A DNA stretch of 63,475 nt, filler included, from Rhabdomonas costata (taxonomy: Eukaryota), in NCBI GenBank assembly GCA_019059605.1. It is 54 parts of 54 records of this genome, joined end to end, with 100 filler letters (N's around TTAATTAATTAA, not from the genome) between each part and the next. Parts side by side here need not be neighbours in the genome. Positions count along the whole stretch, not along the records: positions 1 to 1,078 come from JAHMHO010029818.1; positions 1,179 to 2,256 come from JAHMHO010029819.1; positions 2,357 to 3,434 come from JAHMHO010029820.1; positions 3,535 to 4,612 come from JAHMHO010029821.1; positions 4,713 to 5,789 come from JAHMHO010029822.1; positions 5,890 to 6,967 come from JAHMHO010029823.1; positions 7,068 to 8,146 come from JAHMHO010029824.1; positions 8,247 to 9,323 come from JAHMHO010029825.1; 46 more parts are not named here. One strand, 5' to 3'. Below are positions 1-12,958 of the stretch, one piece after another. Positions within the stretch are counted from its first letter, which is position 1, and every line of letters begins with the position of its first letter. Below the pieces are notes generated by a model. It had not been told where the DNA came from. It saw only the letters and a program-made list of their open reading frames with translations, and did no database searches. The position numbers and the translations under genes were made by a program.

Positions 1-54
1 GTGGTGGTTGTTGGATTTTGTTGTTCCTGTACAGATGAGCTTTGTCCTGATCAC

Positions 55-115
55 CTGCGACGGCCCACTGAGTAAGGTCCTGGGTGGCGCCGCAGTTGAT
101 CAGGACAAAACTCAT
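55..115 (-). CDS. CDC45: CDC45 next exon (MSFVLINCGATQDLTQWAVA), 3' end obscured by a fold-back
   Basis: TACAG|ATG acceptor and INCGA motif. A 455-nt GT-AG intron lies at 116-570. Confidence 0.8.
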
Positions 116-570
116 CTGTACAGGAACAACAAAATCCATGAAAGTTACAGCCATCACCGCCAGTTGTGCTCCTCTTTTGCAACAGGCATCGGGGTTACGG
201 AGAACTTCTGGCTTTCTCAGCCTTTCAAATATAATAGTGATAGTAAAAAAGAGGAGAGTGATGTGCACATGTGTCATTACTTTTTTCATTTTCCACTTCC
301 CCACCTTCCCCCCGCTCTATTTCCTGCAGACAGATTTCCTGCAGCCTTTCCAGTACGCTTGGATAAAAACGCCTTTTCTGTTTTCGTCAAAAATTATGGG
401 ATTTCGTCTCATGGAAACATATGCCCGACGTTCAATGTCCAACCCACACAGCGGCAGATCAAATGAAAAATGTTCTAAAAGCTTTTTCTGAAATCGTCTA
501 AAGAATCCTTGCAGGCGAACGCTGCATTAAAAAAAGGGGGGGTTCGTGGATCAACCATACGCATACATAC

Positions 571-666
571 CTCACGGTCCTTCTCCTGAGCCAGCACCTC
601 CCTCACTCGGCCGTACCCGCTGACGGGCACCCCGCGGAACTGCATGTAGAACCGGTCGAAGAGCCG
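571..666 (-). CDS. CDC45: CDC45 replication initiation factor, internal exon (RLFDRFYMQFRGVPVSGYGRVREVLAQEKDRE)
   Basis: CAG|exon|GTATG boundaries, 96 nt, phase 0. Splices to MSFVLINCGATQDL and matches the CDC45 N-terminal pattern LF..D.VQY..VPVSG....(F)ILINCGA.VDL. Confidence 0.85.
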
Positions 667-1078
667 CTGCGCACAGAAAATGAGGTAACACAGAATTATG
701 TCATGCCTGCCTGCCTGCGGAGGGAGAAGCAGGTACGAGAGGCGGTGTGCCGTGCAGAAATCAAGTGCATTGCAGACCAGCAGAGGCGGCATTCTAATAT
801 TGGGGTTTCACGGGGGGGGGGGGCTCAGAATTTCAGCACCGCTGAATGTTCAGCACTGCGGAAAGTCTAGCACGCTGAACATTTCGCAGTGCTATACGAA
901 GCATCCATAAAATGTCCCAACCCAGCCGCCCGCTCTACCCGCGCCGCAGTCTGGCCTCCACCTGCCTTCTGCCCGCCTCCCTCCAGAGTGTCCTAGAAGG
1001 AAAATCAACCCTGTTCACACACGCACCATCCAAATCCGAAGTGCGCACAGCGCATCACAGTCGTAGCCCACCACAACC

Positions 1079-1178
1079 NNNNNNNNNNNNNNNNNNNNNN
1101 NNNNNNNNNNNNNNNNNNNNNNTTAATTAATTAANNNNNNNNNNNNNNNNNNNNNNNNNNNNNNNNNNNNNNNNNNNN
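1079..1178. other. Artificial contig-joining spacer N44-TTAATTAATTAA-N44 (first of 53; recurs about every 1,177 bp)
   Basis: The same 100-nt spacer, with stops in all six frames, separates every ~1.08-kb segment. ORFs ending in X...LIN or X...N run into it. Confidence 0.99.
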
Positions 1179-1618
1179 GGTTTGTGGGCGCAAGCATCGG
1201 TTTCTCCAACAAAAACCGTGCGCTTTGAATCTTAGAGCGGTAACCTTCCAACCCAAACCCAACCCGAAACTCTCTTTAACCTGCTTTTGGAAAAATGCAG
1301 CGGTTTCCCTTCAACCGCTCCACATCGCAGAGCGAACCTCACAGTCCAAATCCAAGGGACAATTGTATTTTTTATTGGGGGGGGGGGCATCAAACGTTTT
1401 TCTATCAATTGGGAGCCCACTTCTGGCTGCAGTCCCATGCCTTGTGTGGTGCTTTCCGTGAGGCCCTATTACTGGCGAGCGAGAGTCGGTTGGCCGAGAA
1501 AAAACACGCCCGTGCGTTCCTGAAAAAGAAGGTCGCAGCATTTCCCCCTTCCTGCTCAGCATCTTTGTACACCAAAAAGCCGTCCCTTCGCACCCTCTTT
1601 CCGGCATCACCGCCGCAG

Positions 1619-1865
1619 CTCCTCAGCCCACGGCCGCACCACAAGCTCTGCCCCTCTGGACAGGAGCTCCAGCTCCAGCGGGCCCTCACAAAACCTCTGG
1701 TGGCGGAGGAAGTGCGGCGCGAGAAGCGCCACTGGGGAGCCCGGGCACCCCCGGGGACGGGCGGACACGGCCTGGCGGCGATGGCGGGCCACCGCAGCCA
1801 TTACCTGGGAGTCAATACCGAAAAGGAGAGTGTAGGTGCCCTGAAAGGTTTGGTCGATGGCGAGG
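1619..1865 (+). CDS. Probable exon, unknown protein (LLSPRPHHKLCPSGQELQLQRALTKP...)
   Basis: GC-rich coding-like stretch after a CCGCAG acceptor. Possible GC donor at 1865. Confidence 0.3.
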
Positions 1866-2436
1866 CGTGCCCTCGGTGTTCGCTCAGGCATCTATTTTGC
1901 AATGGCTGACACTGAGGCTGCCTACGTTGCTCATGTTGCGTGGGGTTGGAGCAAAGGTCAGAACCATCGTTCAGCACTCCCGCCCTGCTCCCTGAGGGGA
2001 ATTTGGTTTTTTTGCCCCAATGCTGTCACCCCTGATGATGTGACGATTTTGGTTTGTGCACTGTGAATTTAGCGCCTTGTCTTTGGCCCGTCTGTCTTGG
2101 TCCTCCAGATGTCGTTCATTTCTTCCAAACAGATCTTGGAGAACGCTTCCCGGCGGGTTTTCAGTCACCTATGGATTGCAATCCCTGCCGATGATATTGC
2201 CCGTTTCACCACAAAACTGAGAGGTGGAAAGACGTTTCCAAGAAAGGAGAAACACANNNNNNNNNNNNNNNNNNNNNNNNNNNNNNNNNNNNNNNNNNNN
2301 TTAATTAATTAANNNNNNNNNNNNNNNNNNNNNNNNNNNNNNNNNNNNNNNNNNNNATAACAATACATAGTACGCCCCCCGTGGTGGAGTTGTTTGGGGA
2401 GGGTGGGAGGGTATGAGCCTTTTATCTTGCACACAG

Positions 2437-2562
2437 GCAGCGGAGAAAGGGAAACCTATGCTTTTTGAGGTGAAGGCGGAGCATGAGCTTGCTGTGGAGT
2501 TCCTGCGGAGCTGGAATGGCATCGGCGACTGCCTGTGCGAGGACCTCCTCTCGGGCAGCAAG
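2437..2562 (+). CDS. Exon of unknown protein (AAEKGKPMLFEVKAEHELAVEFLRSWNGIGDCLCEDLLSGSK); next exon probably starts at 3237
   Basis: ACACAG|...|GTAAGG, 126 nt, phase 0. The CCTCAG|GTG acceptor at 3237 is in a compatible phase. Confidence 0.5.
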
Positions 2563-3687
2563 GTAAGGCTGGGTAGTGCAGGACTGCGGCTTCTGTGTCC
2601 CAGCCGTTCTGCTGTTTTCCATTTTGAGGTAGAGGAGGTTGGGGATACTTGAAGGTTGAAAAGCCAACGGAGAGTCATTGTGAGCGTTATGTCCTGAAAA
2701 TTTCAGAAAGGTTGGCAATGTACCCTCAGAAGGGCCAACAAAGAGGTTCTCCAGAGTATCCTTCCCCTCTTCGTACATATCTCTACTCTCCGGGTAGACA
2801 CAGCCCCGTCGAAACGCGGAAACAGATGTGTATCAAGGGCTTAAATTTCGTGCCCAGAGGTCCCGCAACCCTACTCGGAAAACATCCTGTCATACTGGGA
2901 GAGTTGGTGAGGGTGCACTTGCGGTTCAACTTCTTCTTGTGCCAAACAAAGGAAGGTTAACTCCACCCGAAATTGAGGAATTCGTCTGTGGCATTGAACG
3001 CATTTAACTTGGTTGGGGTGTCTTTAAGTAAAGGTGCACAACTCCCAATTCTCGGTTAAGGGATGGGCAAGGATTTTGAGGCAGAACCTGCCATTTTACC
3101 AATCTCACGTCTTCTCCTTGGGAACACGGTGCTGAAGCAAGACTTAGGCCAAGAACTTGAGCTCCGTCCGGCGGACAAGTCTCAGTTATAATAAAGCATA
3201 CTTTGCTAGGCTAGCCTCTGCCTTCCGGCTCCTCAGGTGCTGCTGAAGGGGCACCAGAGGGACGTCTCCACGTACCACTCCCAGCTGCTATGGCAATGGG
3301 GCGCCCCAAGCCTGGCGGGCGGAAGCCCTCGGACTGCAACAGCGGCGGCCGTGATTCGCCGTGTGCGATGCACCGTAGTGTCCGCCCCGGAGACCAGCAC
3401 GCGAGACTTTGTGTTTCTAATTCGTGGGGTATTTNNNNNNNNNNNNNNNNNNNNNNNNNNNNNNNNNNNNNNNNNNNNTTAATTAATTAANNNNNNNNNN
3501 NNNNNNNNNNNNNNNNNNNNNNNNNNNNNNNNNNAAAAACAAGTGACAGCCCGCCCGTGTTTTCTGGTGGGATTCATTTCCGTCGAAGGCACTTCGATTT
3601 GCTTTTTCATTGCACTTCTTCTTCTTCTTTGCTTCTCTCGTTCTCCATCCTTGCCTTTCTTTTCGTTTCGCGCCACCGCACTCCGAA

Positions 3688-4526
3688 ATGTCGTCGTCCT
3701 CCCTGATGCCGACCTGCGGGGGGCACTTCACAGAGACCATCCCAGCCGCCTTGACCTTTCTGATGGTAACAACTGCGCAGTCTTCCGCACACAGCGCACA
3801 CAGCGCAAGCAGCAAGGGACTGGGATGGCGTGAGAATCGGAGCAACCCCGACGGTCTCAAGCTTTTGCACAGTTCTTGTTAAATTGGTGCCATGGTATTG
3901 ACGCATACGATCCCCTCTATCCCCCCCTTCCTCCTCGTTATCAAGCACCTGTATGTTTGTGTTCGTTATTTTTTTTGCTCAGCTGGAGTGGAAGAAGTAT
4001 CTCGTAGAGAGAGTGACCTTCGAAAATGAGCGGGCTGTGCTGCTGGTGTGTAGCTGCCTTTGTGTGTGTATATTAAGGGTGAAAGACCTGCAAAATTTCG
4101 AGGGTTGGCATGAGTTTCATCAGTTTCAGCGTAAAGTTGCGTCGATTTTTGGGTCTTGGGTAAATTTTTGTTGCCATGTTGGTATCCTTTATCACCCACC
4201 ACCCTGTTTGATTTGGTCTTGGGGTCAACGTTCGGTGCACACTCTTGTACGTTCATGTCATAAGGGGTCAGACGAGGTTGAGTGCCAAACGACACTTGTC
4301 CAAGCACCTACTGCCGTCCTGTGACCGCGATGTCCCATGGTAATCAGTTCAGCCGCTGGGGGGCAAGTAACCAAATGTCCGTTGAACTATTCTGAGTGGC
4401 CCCTTCTGGATGTCTTGCTTAGCAAAAAGTGGAACTTCTGACTTCCCGGAACACCGAGCTGCAGTTGACCGAGGAAGAGCTCAAGAAGCAGGTCCGGGCG
4501 TTGGACCTGGCGTTGTCCAAGGAAAG
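3688..4526 (+). CDS. Striatin-family protein N-terminus, exons 3688-3765, 3983-4045, 4423-4526
   Basis: Spliced product MSSSSLMPTCGGHFTETIPAALTFLM-LEWKKYLVERVTFENERAVLL-QKVELLTSRNTELQLTEEELKKQVRALDLALSKER aligns without gaps to the striatin coiled coil (T.PG.LHFLQHEW..FE.ER..WE.ERAEL....L........DL.RRIK.LE.ALKQER). All introns are GT-AG. Confidence 0.8.
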
Positions 4527-7500
4527 GTATTTCCTTGATATGTGCTGGCGGGTGGCTCACGCCGACGGATGCGGATGATCTAAGTTATTCTTATCTTCAG
4601 GCCCCACCACCCNNNNNNNNNNNNNNNNNNNNNNNNNNNNNNNNNNNNNNNNNNNNTTAATTAATTAANNNNNNNNNNNNNNNNNNNNNNNNNNNNNNNN
4701 NNNNNNNNNNNNGTGGGGGGTTATGACTGTTGCCCTTTATTGGTAGGAGGCCTTGATATGCACCCTCGTGGCGAAATATAGTGTGCTGGGAGGTGGGTGC
4801 AGTGGTGTCCTCCTGCTGCGTGCTGTGCTCGATGTGGCGTGGAGGGTCCCCGTGACCGAACGCGTCTAGGCGGTGGTGAACCGGGCAATCCGCCCGAAAG
4901 AAAGACTGTTGGATCCGATGGCAAAGGGGGCGGTACTAGAGCCTGCACCAAATGAGCGAACTCACAAGGCACCGTATAGAAGGAAGGAACGTTAGCCTTT
5001 CACTTTTACTCATTGCTCTTTGATACGGCGTTCCATTTCTCACGTCACTTCATCTCGTCATTCATCATACCTTTTACTAACCAGACACACACCTCTTGTT
5101 TGTACGCGTTTACTGTTTTTGGTGTTTGAATGGTATTTACGGTAGTACCAATGTGCTTTTCTTATATCGTCACCAAGCGCTTTCATCGGTTGAAAGACCC
5201 CTCATTTTGCTCGAGTCGTAAGTTAGAGTTTATGTCTCGACGATACTTGGCTTGAAGTACGGCCACACCGCGGCTTTGTACCGCCTTTCAGCAGAGGTTT
5301 CTGTTGGGTAACATTGGCGTTTGGGGGCTGATCCTCAAACTAAGGCGTTTTGAATCCACAGCGAAGTGCGCACCAAAAGATTCTCTTTTTCAGAGCCGCT
5401 GATGCCGCAAGTTTCTACTGTTTGCACCAATCCATTTTGTTCTACCCACAAGCTTACAATAGCCTCAGCTGTTTTCACCGTGCCCCGCAACTTTGCACGG
5501 AAGGCCATTGTTAATTCCACTCCCACTGTTGTTCCTCCAAAAAACACTCTTCTGTCAGGCCCACCAAGCCCGCCTCTCACACCTTCTGCTTTCTTCGTTC
5601 TCTTATGGGTCCCTCTCTCGTTACATCACACCGCCCCAAATGCGCCGACACCCGTCAAGCTTGCAACCAACCAAAAGCGCTTCCGTCTCTACCCCTCTGC
5701 GTGGGCGTTCGCCAGCATGCACCAGCAGCACTGCCACAGAAGGGAAGGGTGCGAAGTGCTTCAGGGCACTCCCACAGCTTTGCTCTTTGNNNNNNNNNNN
5801 NNNNNNNNNNNNNNNNNNNNNNNNNNNNNNNNNTTAATTAATTAANNNNNNNNNNNNNNNNNNNNNNNNNNNNNNNNNNNNNNNNNNNNGCGGGCTGGGA
5901 CGCCGTGGATTCCCGCTGAGCTTCACCGCGGTAAGGGCTTGTATCGGAGGAAATGTAGAGAAAGAGATGCTGTCTTCGTGCAGTGTTGTGAGTTGTGGTG
6001 TTGCCGCAGACTTGCTGTAGAGTCTTGACATTAAGCTGGATAAGGCTGCAACCGTAGAGTGCATTACCGTTGAGGTGCCTGAGTTTTTAGATATCAGATT
6101 CTCGGGGCCCTACTCCACCTTCCAGGCAATTATGTGTTAAATATCACATATGTTAATATTAATATGTGATATTAATGTAATATATGTAATATCAAACACA
6201 TAATCTTAATTAATATATGATTTGATATTTGATTATTAATAACATTTAGCATTAAGATCTGTGAGAGTGATCAGTCTCTGTATGGACCGCTTTTAAATTT
6301 AAAATGTTGGATGTCTGGTGTTCATATTTTCAAGAGTCACTGTTGGCAACGTTGTGGAAGCCGTAGCGTGCATTTTGTAGGTTTTGCAATAGTCTTTGTG
6401 TGTTACCAAATGTTTTGATTTGCACGCGGTGAATGTAGCCATTAGCCACTGTGTGTCTTTCTTTATGCTCTTGTAAATTTTCTCTTGGATGCCGTGTCTT
6501 TCTATTGTGTGTGGTCATGATTTTGGTTTCCTGTTGTTGCGGCAACTTCGGCGCAATGGAAAACATGTGTTTTTGTACCGGCTTCTGATGCAGATGTTTG
6601 GGTAACGTTTCTTGGGAGCAATTGGACATTATGTTTCTGAGCTATCAGCATATTGAATTAACGCGCGGTTATGCCTATTAATCAGGCATTGATCCATCAG
6701 TGCAACGTCTGCGGTTAATCTAAAACGATGTTTTAGGTCGCCATTCTTGCGCCAAAAGTCGGAGTTCGAAACAGATGAGCAAATTGCGGACTGTCAGAAA
6801 ATACTAAGCAAACTCGGAACCACCATCTTGCCATCATACCAACCAGTTGATAACCGCAAATCTGGACATACGTGGTTGTATTTGGTTAAATGTGGTTGTG
6901 TGTTTTTATACCCTAGCAAGTTTCTCAAAAGTTTCGTCGCCTTCATGTTGATTCCTTTCTAAAAAAANNNNNNNNNNNNNNNNNNNNNNNNNNNNNNNNN
7001 NNNNNNNNNNNTTAATTAATTAANNNNNNNNNNNNNNNNNNNNNNNNNNNNNNNNNNNNNNNNNNNNGGTCCCTAGTAGCCTACCTGTGTTATGTACCAG
7101 TAGGTAGACCTAGTAGCCCACGGGCATGAGAGACGGAAGAGCGCAGGTCACTGTGAAGGCGAAAGCAGGGATTAAAAATTGAACCCAACACTCGGCATTG
7201 ACCCAAACGCGAAAATGAAAGATGAATCAAGGGCTGCTGATCTGCCTTTATTATGCGGGCTGCGCAGGAAGGACTACAACTACACGTCCGCGTACACCAC
7301 AGTATGCCTGATACTGGAAAAGAGTACCGGAAGTGAAGGTCCTCCCCCCCTCCCCACCCCTAAGATTTTGCAACAAAACCAGCAACGCAAAGTGTGGATA
7401 TGCTAGAGACAAGTTTTCTTTTCATCCATCTTCCGGTCCACTGCTTTATTTAAATATCATCGTCGCAGGGGTTGGTATTAAATGCCGTGCGGGGCAGCCA

Positions 7501-7706
7501 TTTTTGCTCCCGTCCACACAGAAAACGCAAGTATGGACACCAAAGCGATAGCCATGGACACCACCAAATGCCCCCGAGCACACCACTGCAGCAGTCCGAC
7601 ACTCCACACCCCAACGGGCACAGGGTGCTGCCCCCGGTGGAGGCGTACCCCTGCGGACAGCTGAACAGGCTGCAGGAAGTGACTGTGAGGAAAACCACGG
7701 CCGCGG

Positions 7707-7763
7707 ATTCTGCGCCCACCGTGCCGATGCATCACCATTCTGCGCCCACCGTGCCGATGCATC
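7707..7763 (+). repeat. Tandem duplication, 30-bp period (ATTCTGCGCCCACCGTGCCGATGCATC x2)
   Basis: Two identical 27-mers starting at 7707 and 7737. Confidence 0.9.
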
Positions 7764-10700
7764 GCTAGACCGAAGACTCCGCTTTCATAATGATAGCTCC
7801 CTTGACATTCACCTACTTCACGGTGTTTCGCACTCCTGGCTTCTGTAGAAACCGTTGTAAAGTCCCAGCAACCGAAGCGGCAGACCAAATGACAGGCGAC
7901 GAACCTCTATTTCCGTAGTGAAAACCATCCACCTTCTAGAAAGCAAAAAATTGAAGAAAAAGTCCCAAAGCGGTTGACCTCGAGCGCGCGCGCTATCCCC
8001 CTCAGAGAAAAGCGGAAAAGGCGACCAACCTGGCAGCCGGAGGAGGTAAAAGCCCAGGTGGTGGGGCAAGTCCCGACGAAGGGGCCGGTGGAGGACCCCG
8101 CGCTGCATGTCGAAGATGCGATACACCACCTGGGCTTTTACCCCCANNNNNNNNNNNNNNNNNNNNNNNNNNNNNNNNNNNNNNNNNNNNTTAATTAATT
8201 AANNNNNNNNNNNNNNNNNNNNNNNNNNNNNNNNNNNNNNNNNNNNTGTGTGTGGGATCTAACATTATGACAGAAACAATTAATGGCGAATTGCTGCTGC
8301 TGCTGCTGTTGTTTTCATTCCGCTTTTCTTTCGAAATGACTCGAGTGTGAAGTGACTTCTGCCTTCTGTATGCTGACGGCAAAGTTTGACTCGAGGAGAT
8401 GAGCAACACCAATTTTCAAATTGAAAACGTGACGAAAGCAAAGGTGGTCGTTATTTAGCGAGTTGGGGCCGTGTAAAAGGCAGCAACCGCTCCAAAACCC
8501 CTGTGGATTGGGCACGGCAGGACAACATCAGAATACACCACGGGGCTGGGGGTGGGGGTTAAGCACAGAAAAGGGATTGACCCCCCGCTTCGCCGATACC
8601 GATTCGTCCGAAAATTCGAAAAACTTCGGGAAATCACATAAAATTCGATTTTCCGATTTTTTTTTGAAAACTTACAGCGGAATCCCAAGCTACAAATGCG
8701 TTGACGCTTAAGCGCCACGTTAACTGGTGCTTCAGTTAGACCCGTTGCTCTCGACCCCACCAACTCCGGCTCCAACCGAAATCGAAGACCCAACGATTTT
8801 CACCTTGAGATTTTTGGAATGCCATGAAGTCTTCTGGTGTGGATCGATGAAATCACGAGCGGTTGCAAAAAATGCGGTTAGAGGTCGACGAAGTGGGGAG
8901 TTTTCAATGCAGGCTGTGGTTTAACGATGCCCCTTTTCAATACATCACCTGCTATACGTAGGTGAGGCCGCCACGGCAGGGTTCTCCGCAGGGGGGGGGG
9001 GCACAAAACCGGGACTTTATTTGAACGCGCACACGCACTGGACCCATTTACCAAGAGTAAGTGTACACGCACTGGAACACCGATCTGAGGTGCTGCGCTA
9101 GGGCAGCCCTGCTAAGCTTTAATCCCTTGCCTCTGTCGATATGGAGACTGCAATCGGAAAAAAAAATATGGGACCACTCCTTCCGGCAGAAATCACCATG
9201 CCGCAGAAAACATGTTCAGTGAGTAGTGCGCACTCAGCACCCATTTCGGTCGGAAACCTTAAAGCAGCTCCTGCAGAAGTCCCACCACAGTGTCCACGAC
9301 AGAGAACGAACTTCGGCCCCCCCNNNNNNNNNNNNNNNNNNNNNNNNNNNNNNNNNNNNNNNNNNNNTTAATTAATTAANNNNNNNNNNNNNNNNNNNNN
9401 NNNNNNNNNNNNNNNNNNNNNNNTGAGAATGCGTATTGGGGTTATGGCATCGGCATCGCAGCATCAACCTCGGTCTCAGCATCGGCATTGCACCCTCTGC
9501 ATCCACTACAGCATCAGCCTTAACGCTTAGCCTTAGTCCCAACAACACCTCTACCATGGGAATAGCGTTAGGTATGGAGGGTGAGACAGAGCGTTCGAAG
9601 CACTGTGTCTACCGTACCATAACCACCACTACCACCAAGGCACCATCGTGTTAGGGTTCGGGTGTCGGAGTGTGAGCAATGGCAGCATGCACTACCACTA
9701 CCGGTAACTCTGACGCCTCAACCACCAACATCGATGGCATGATTCGGGTACTGTGGTGTGAGTAGTGTATTCCTACGCTACCGTTAACCACTTACCTCAA
9801 CCATGAGCCTATCATGTGGGTTGTGTGGAGCCACTGAAGCATAGGGTATAGCCTGGGGTGTAGGGATCAGCGTAGCACTGTCACTACCCTTACGCTTTAC
9901 CTCTAGGCATAACATACATGCGATACAACTACTACCATGGCAGCATACCATAGGTTGGTTATACCCACACGTACGTTGTGGCTATCGGTGTGTGTCGCTG
10001 GTTGTAAAGGGCCATGTGACGTGTGCCAACCTGTGGTTTACGTCAACGGCTCACCCTCCACCACTTGGTTCAACGTCAGCACGTACGCTTGAGCAACCTG
10101 TGCCGTTCACGTACAGCCTTCGCATCGCCATTTCTCAGCGGCCTTCCACGTAGTACTCCACATTCCATTTCCTCGTTTCCTACGTGGGATCTCAGCTTGT
10201 CGTGTGTACGCATGTTGGTGTCGTTTACCTAGGTCGTAGCTATGAAGCGGGTAGTGCCTTATGCTTGGTCACACAGTCCCCCTTAGGTCTCCTATCCAAT
10301 CACTTCCACTCCGCTCGACGAAAGACACAGTACCAACGCTAGAACCCCTGAATCCCTGGGAAGGCCAAACTACGCAAGTGAAATGGGAAAGTGCAATCGG
10401 CATGGTTGACTAAGAAGCGTTTCCGCACAGCACATCACAAAGGCACAACTACGAACCCAAACCCAAGGCATAACTCCGACGCACAACCATCCTCGACTCG
10501 CAGANNNNNNNNNNNNNNNNNNNNNNNNNNNNNNNNNNNNNNNNNNNNTTAATTAATTAANNNNNNNNNNNNNNNNNNNNNNNNNNNNNNNNNNNNNNNN
10601 NNNNCTTGTTGAAGACAAATATGCGAGGCAACGCGTAACGCACAATTCAATAAGTCCCAAGTGCATCAAGCAAGAACAACATGCGAGGAAGTGTGTGTTA

Positions 10701-12958
10701 TAGAAAACGCTACGGCGCGCAGAATTGCAGTGCAAGGAGGTAGCGAGGAAGTAGCGAGGACGCAGTTGGGAGGGGGGAGGGATAGCAACAAAACGCCTCT
10801 GTAAATGTAATGCACACTCAGGGTCCCAGTCACCAGGCCTCTACACGGGGCGTTGTGGGGCCTTGTGCGTTTTCTTTGCAAGCTGCTTTGTTGCCCTCCT
10901 TCTATGGGAACCCATATTTGCATGTTGTGTACTTGGGTCGCTTTGATTGAGAGTCAGGTTTCCCTTTCGCTTTCTTTCAAGCCAGAACATGCCATTCCGG
11001 GAGTTGGCATATCAAACGAAACCAGGGCCAATATTCCCCTCACTTCGGATTGAAACCAAGCAACAGTAATGCTCGGAGTTTTTTCCACATAGCATGGTGT
11101 GATTCACTACATGATTCATTTGCACCGTAGTATTCGCCCGTTGGTTGGGATGGGGCAACGCTTCGCACTTCACAGTGAATGGAGCTTGTCTTTGGTTTTG
11201 TGTGCACACAAGAAAAGCGGTGTTCAGGGAAGAAAAGCGGCACCCATATGCAATGTTGGCATTTTGGCTGCTCCGATAAGACATTGATTTTCTTTGCGGA
11301 TCCCCGAGAAAATTAAAAGTAGGTTCCTTTCTTTTTTGCAAATTGCTGAAAGGTTGCGATCCGCTGTTTTAGAATGGCTGCCTGAGTCTCACACCGGCGG
11401 AGAGTCGTTGCTCAGCAGGATGTGCTCGGGAGTGCTTTCTGGGTACTGAGAGTTGTGGTTAGGGTTAAAAATAAAGTTTGGGACATCTCCGGTTTGCAGA
11501 TCTGGTGATGTGGCGCAATGGGAAGTACGAGAACTGGACCAGCGTGGCAATTGTGCCGGGGATCTGGCACTACGTGGGGCTGTCGGCGTACCCTTTGGAA
11601 ACCCACATCGCCAGATCTGCAAACCGGAGATGTCCCAAACTTTATTTTTAACCCTAACCACAACCCCCACACACACCCACANNNNNNNNNNNNNNNNNNN
11701 NNNNNNNNNNNNNNNNNNNNNNNNNTTAATTAATTAANNNNNNNNNNNNNNNNNNNNNNNNNNNNNNNNNNNNNNNNNNNNGGGTTTGTGTACAAAATGT
11801 CTGGTTTAAGCAAAAAAAAAAGCGGAAACAGGAAAAAAAAGAAAAAGCCCGCAGCCGTCAGTAGGTATGGGGCAGTCTTCCGCTGCTCGAAAAAAGAATC
11901 GTGCGCAAAGGCAGCAAGGCAAGAAAGGCAGTCAACCACACATCCTTCCTACAGAGAGGGAGTGGATTGAGAAGCATCTCCTTTTCTGAAGCCTGTTCTA
12001 GTGCCAAACATGCAGCGCAGAGACGGCGGAGAAGGTTGAGGGAAATACAAAAAAACGCCATCAAAGAAGCCAGGCACCATCACAATCTACGTCCACGCGC
12101 TCATGAAATAAAGCGCGGTGACGATGCAAGAATGTGAGAACCTCATTCCAACATGCTTCCGCTTTCTTCCCCTTTCGTTTGCGCGTCAGGTTGCCTCTTC
12201 GCAAAGACAGAGGGAAGGAGGCATACAGCAGAACTGGCCCACAGGGCGGCACGACTGGGCAAAGCCCGAGCCATGGCCCAAGGGGTGCCGGCCACGTGGA
12301 ACAGCCGCAAAGGCAGTCCCAAAAGATTTTCCAGCGAAAGGGCAGCTGGGGCTCGATTAGGCAAAGAGGCAGTCGAAGACAGTGGGGCGACCACCTGGGA
12401 GGGGGACTCCAAGCTTTGGCGCTTGTCCAGTTGCTCTTCTACGGAGCCCGTAAACTTAGCGCCGAGACGGCGCAGTAAAGTCTGCACAAGGCACCGGGAA
12501 ACAAAGAGATCAGTTACGTGCTTATGTAGTTGCACTGGGAACACCCTCAAGAGAGGCTAACCAAAACACTCCAAAACGCAACGAATGCTTCAGTCGGCAT
12601 TCAGCTCAATTTAATCCCTCCGCGTTTTCTTTGCGCCTTTTTCAATTCCCAACACTCAACCTCACGTCCTCCTCAGGGACTCACGACGGGCAAAATGCCC
12701 CTGTTCAAAGTTCAAATTTTCTATCAATTGCACGATTTTTCAGGAAAGGTCCAGTGTCCCAATTTTAGTCCATGTCCAGACATTTTCGCAACATTTGAGA
12801 AAACGTGTGTGCAACTCCCCCAGAAGACAGTCAAAGGCCCATGGGCGGCAACAAAACCNNNNNNNNNNNNNNNNNNNNNNNNNNNNNNNNNNNNNNNNNN
12901 NNTTAATTAATTAANNNNNNNNNNNNNNNNNNNNNNNNNNNNNNNNNNNNNNNNNNNN

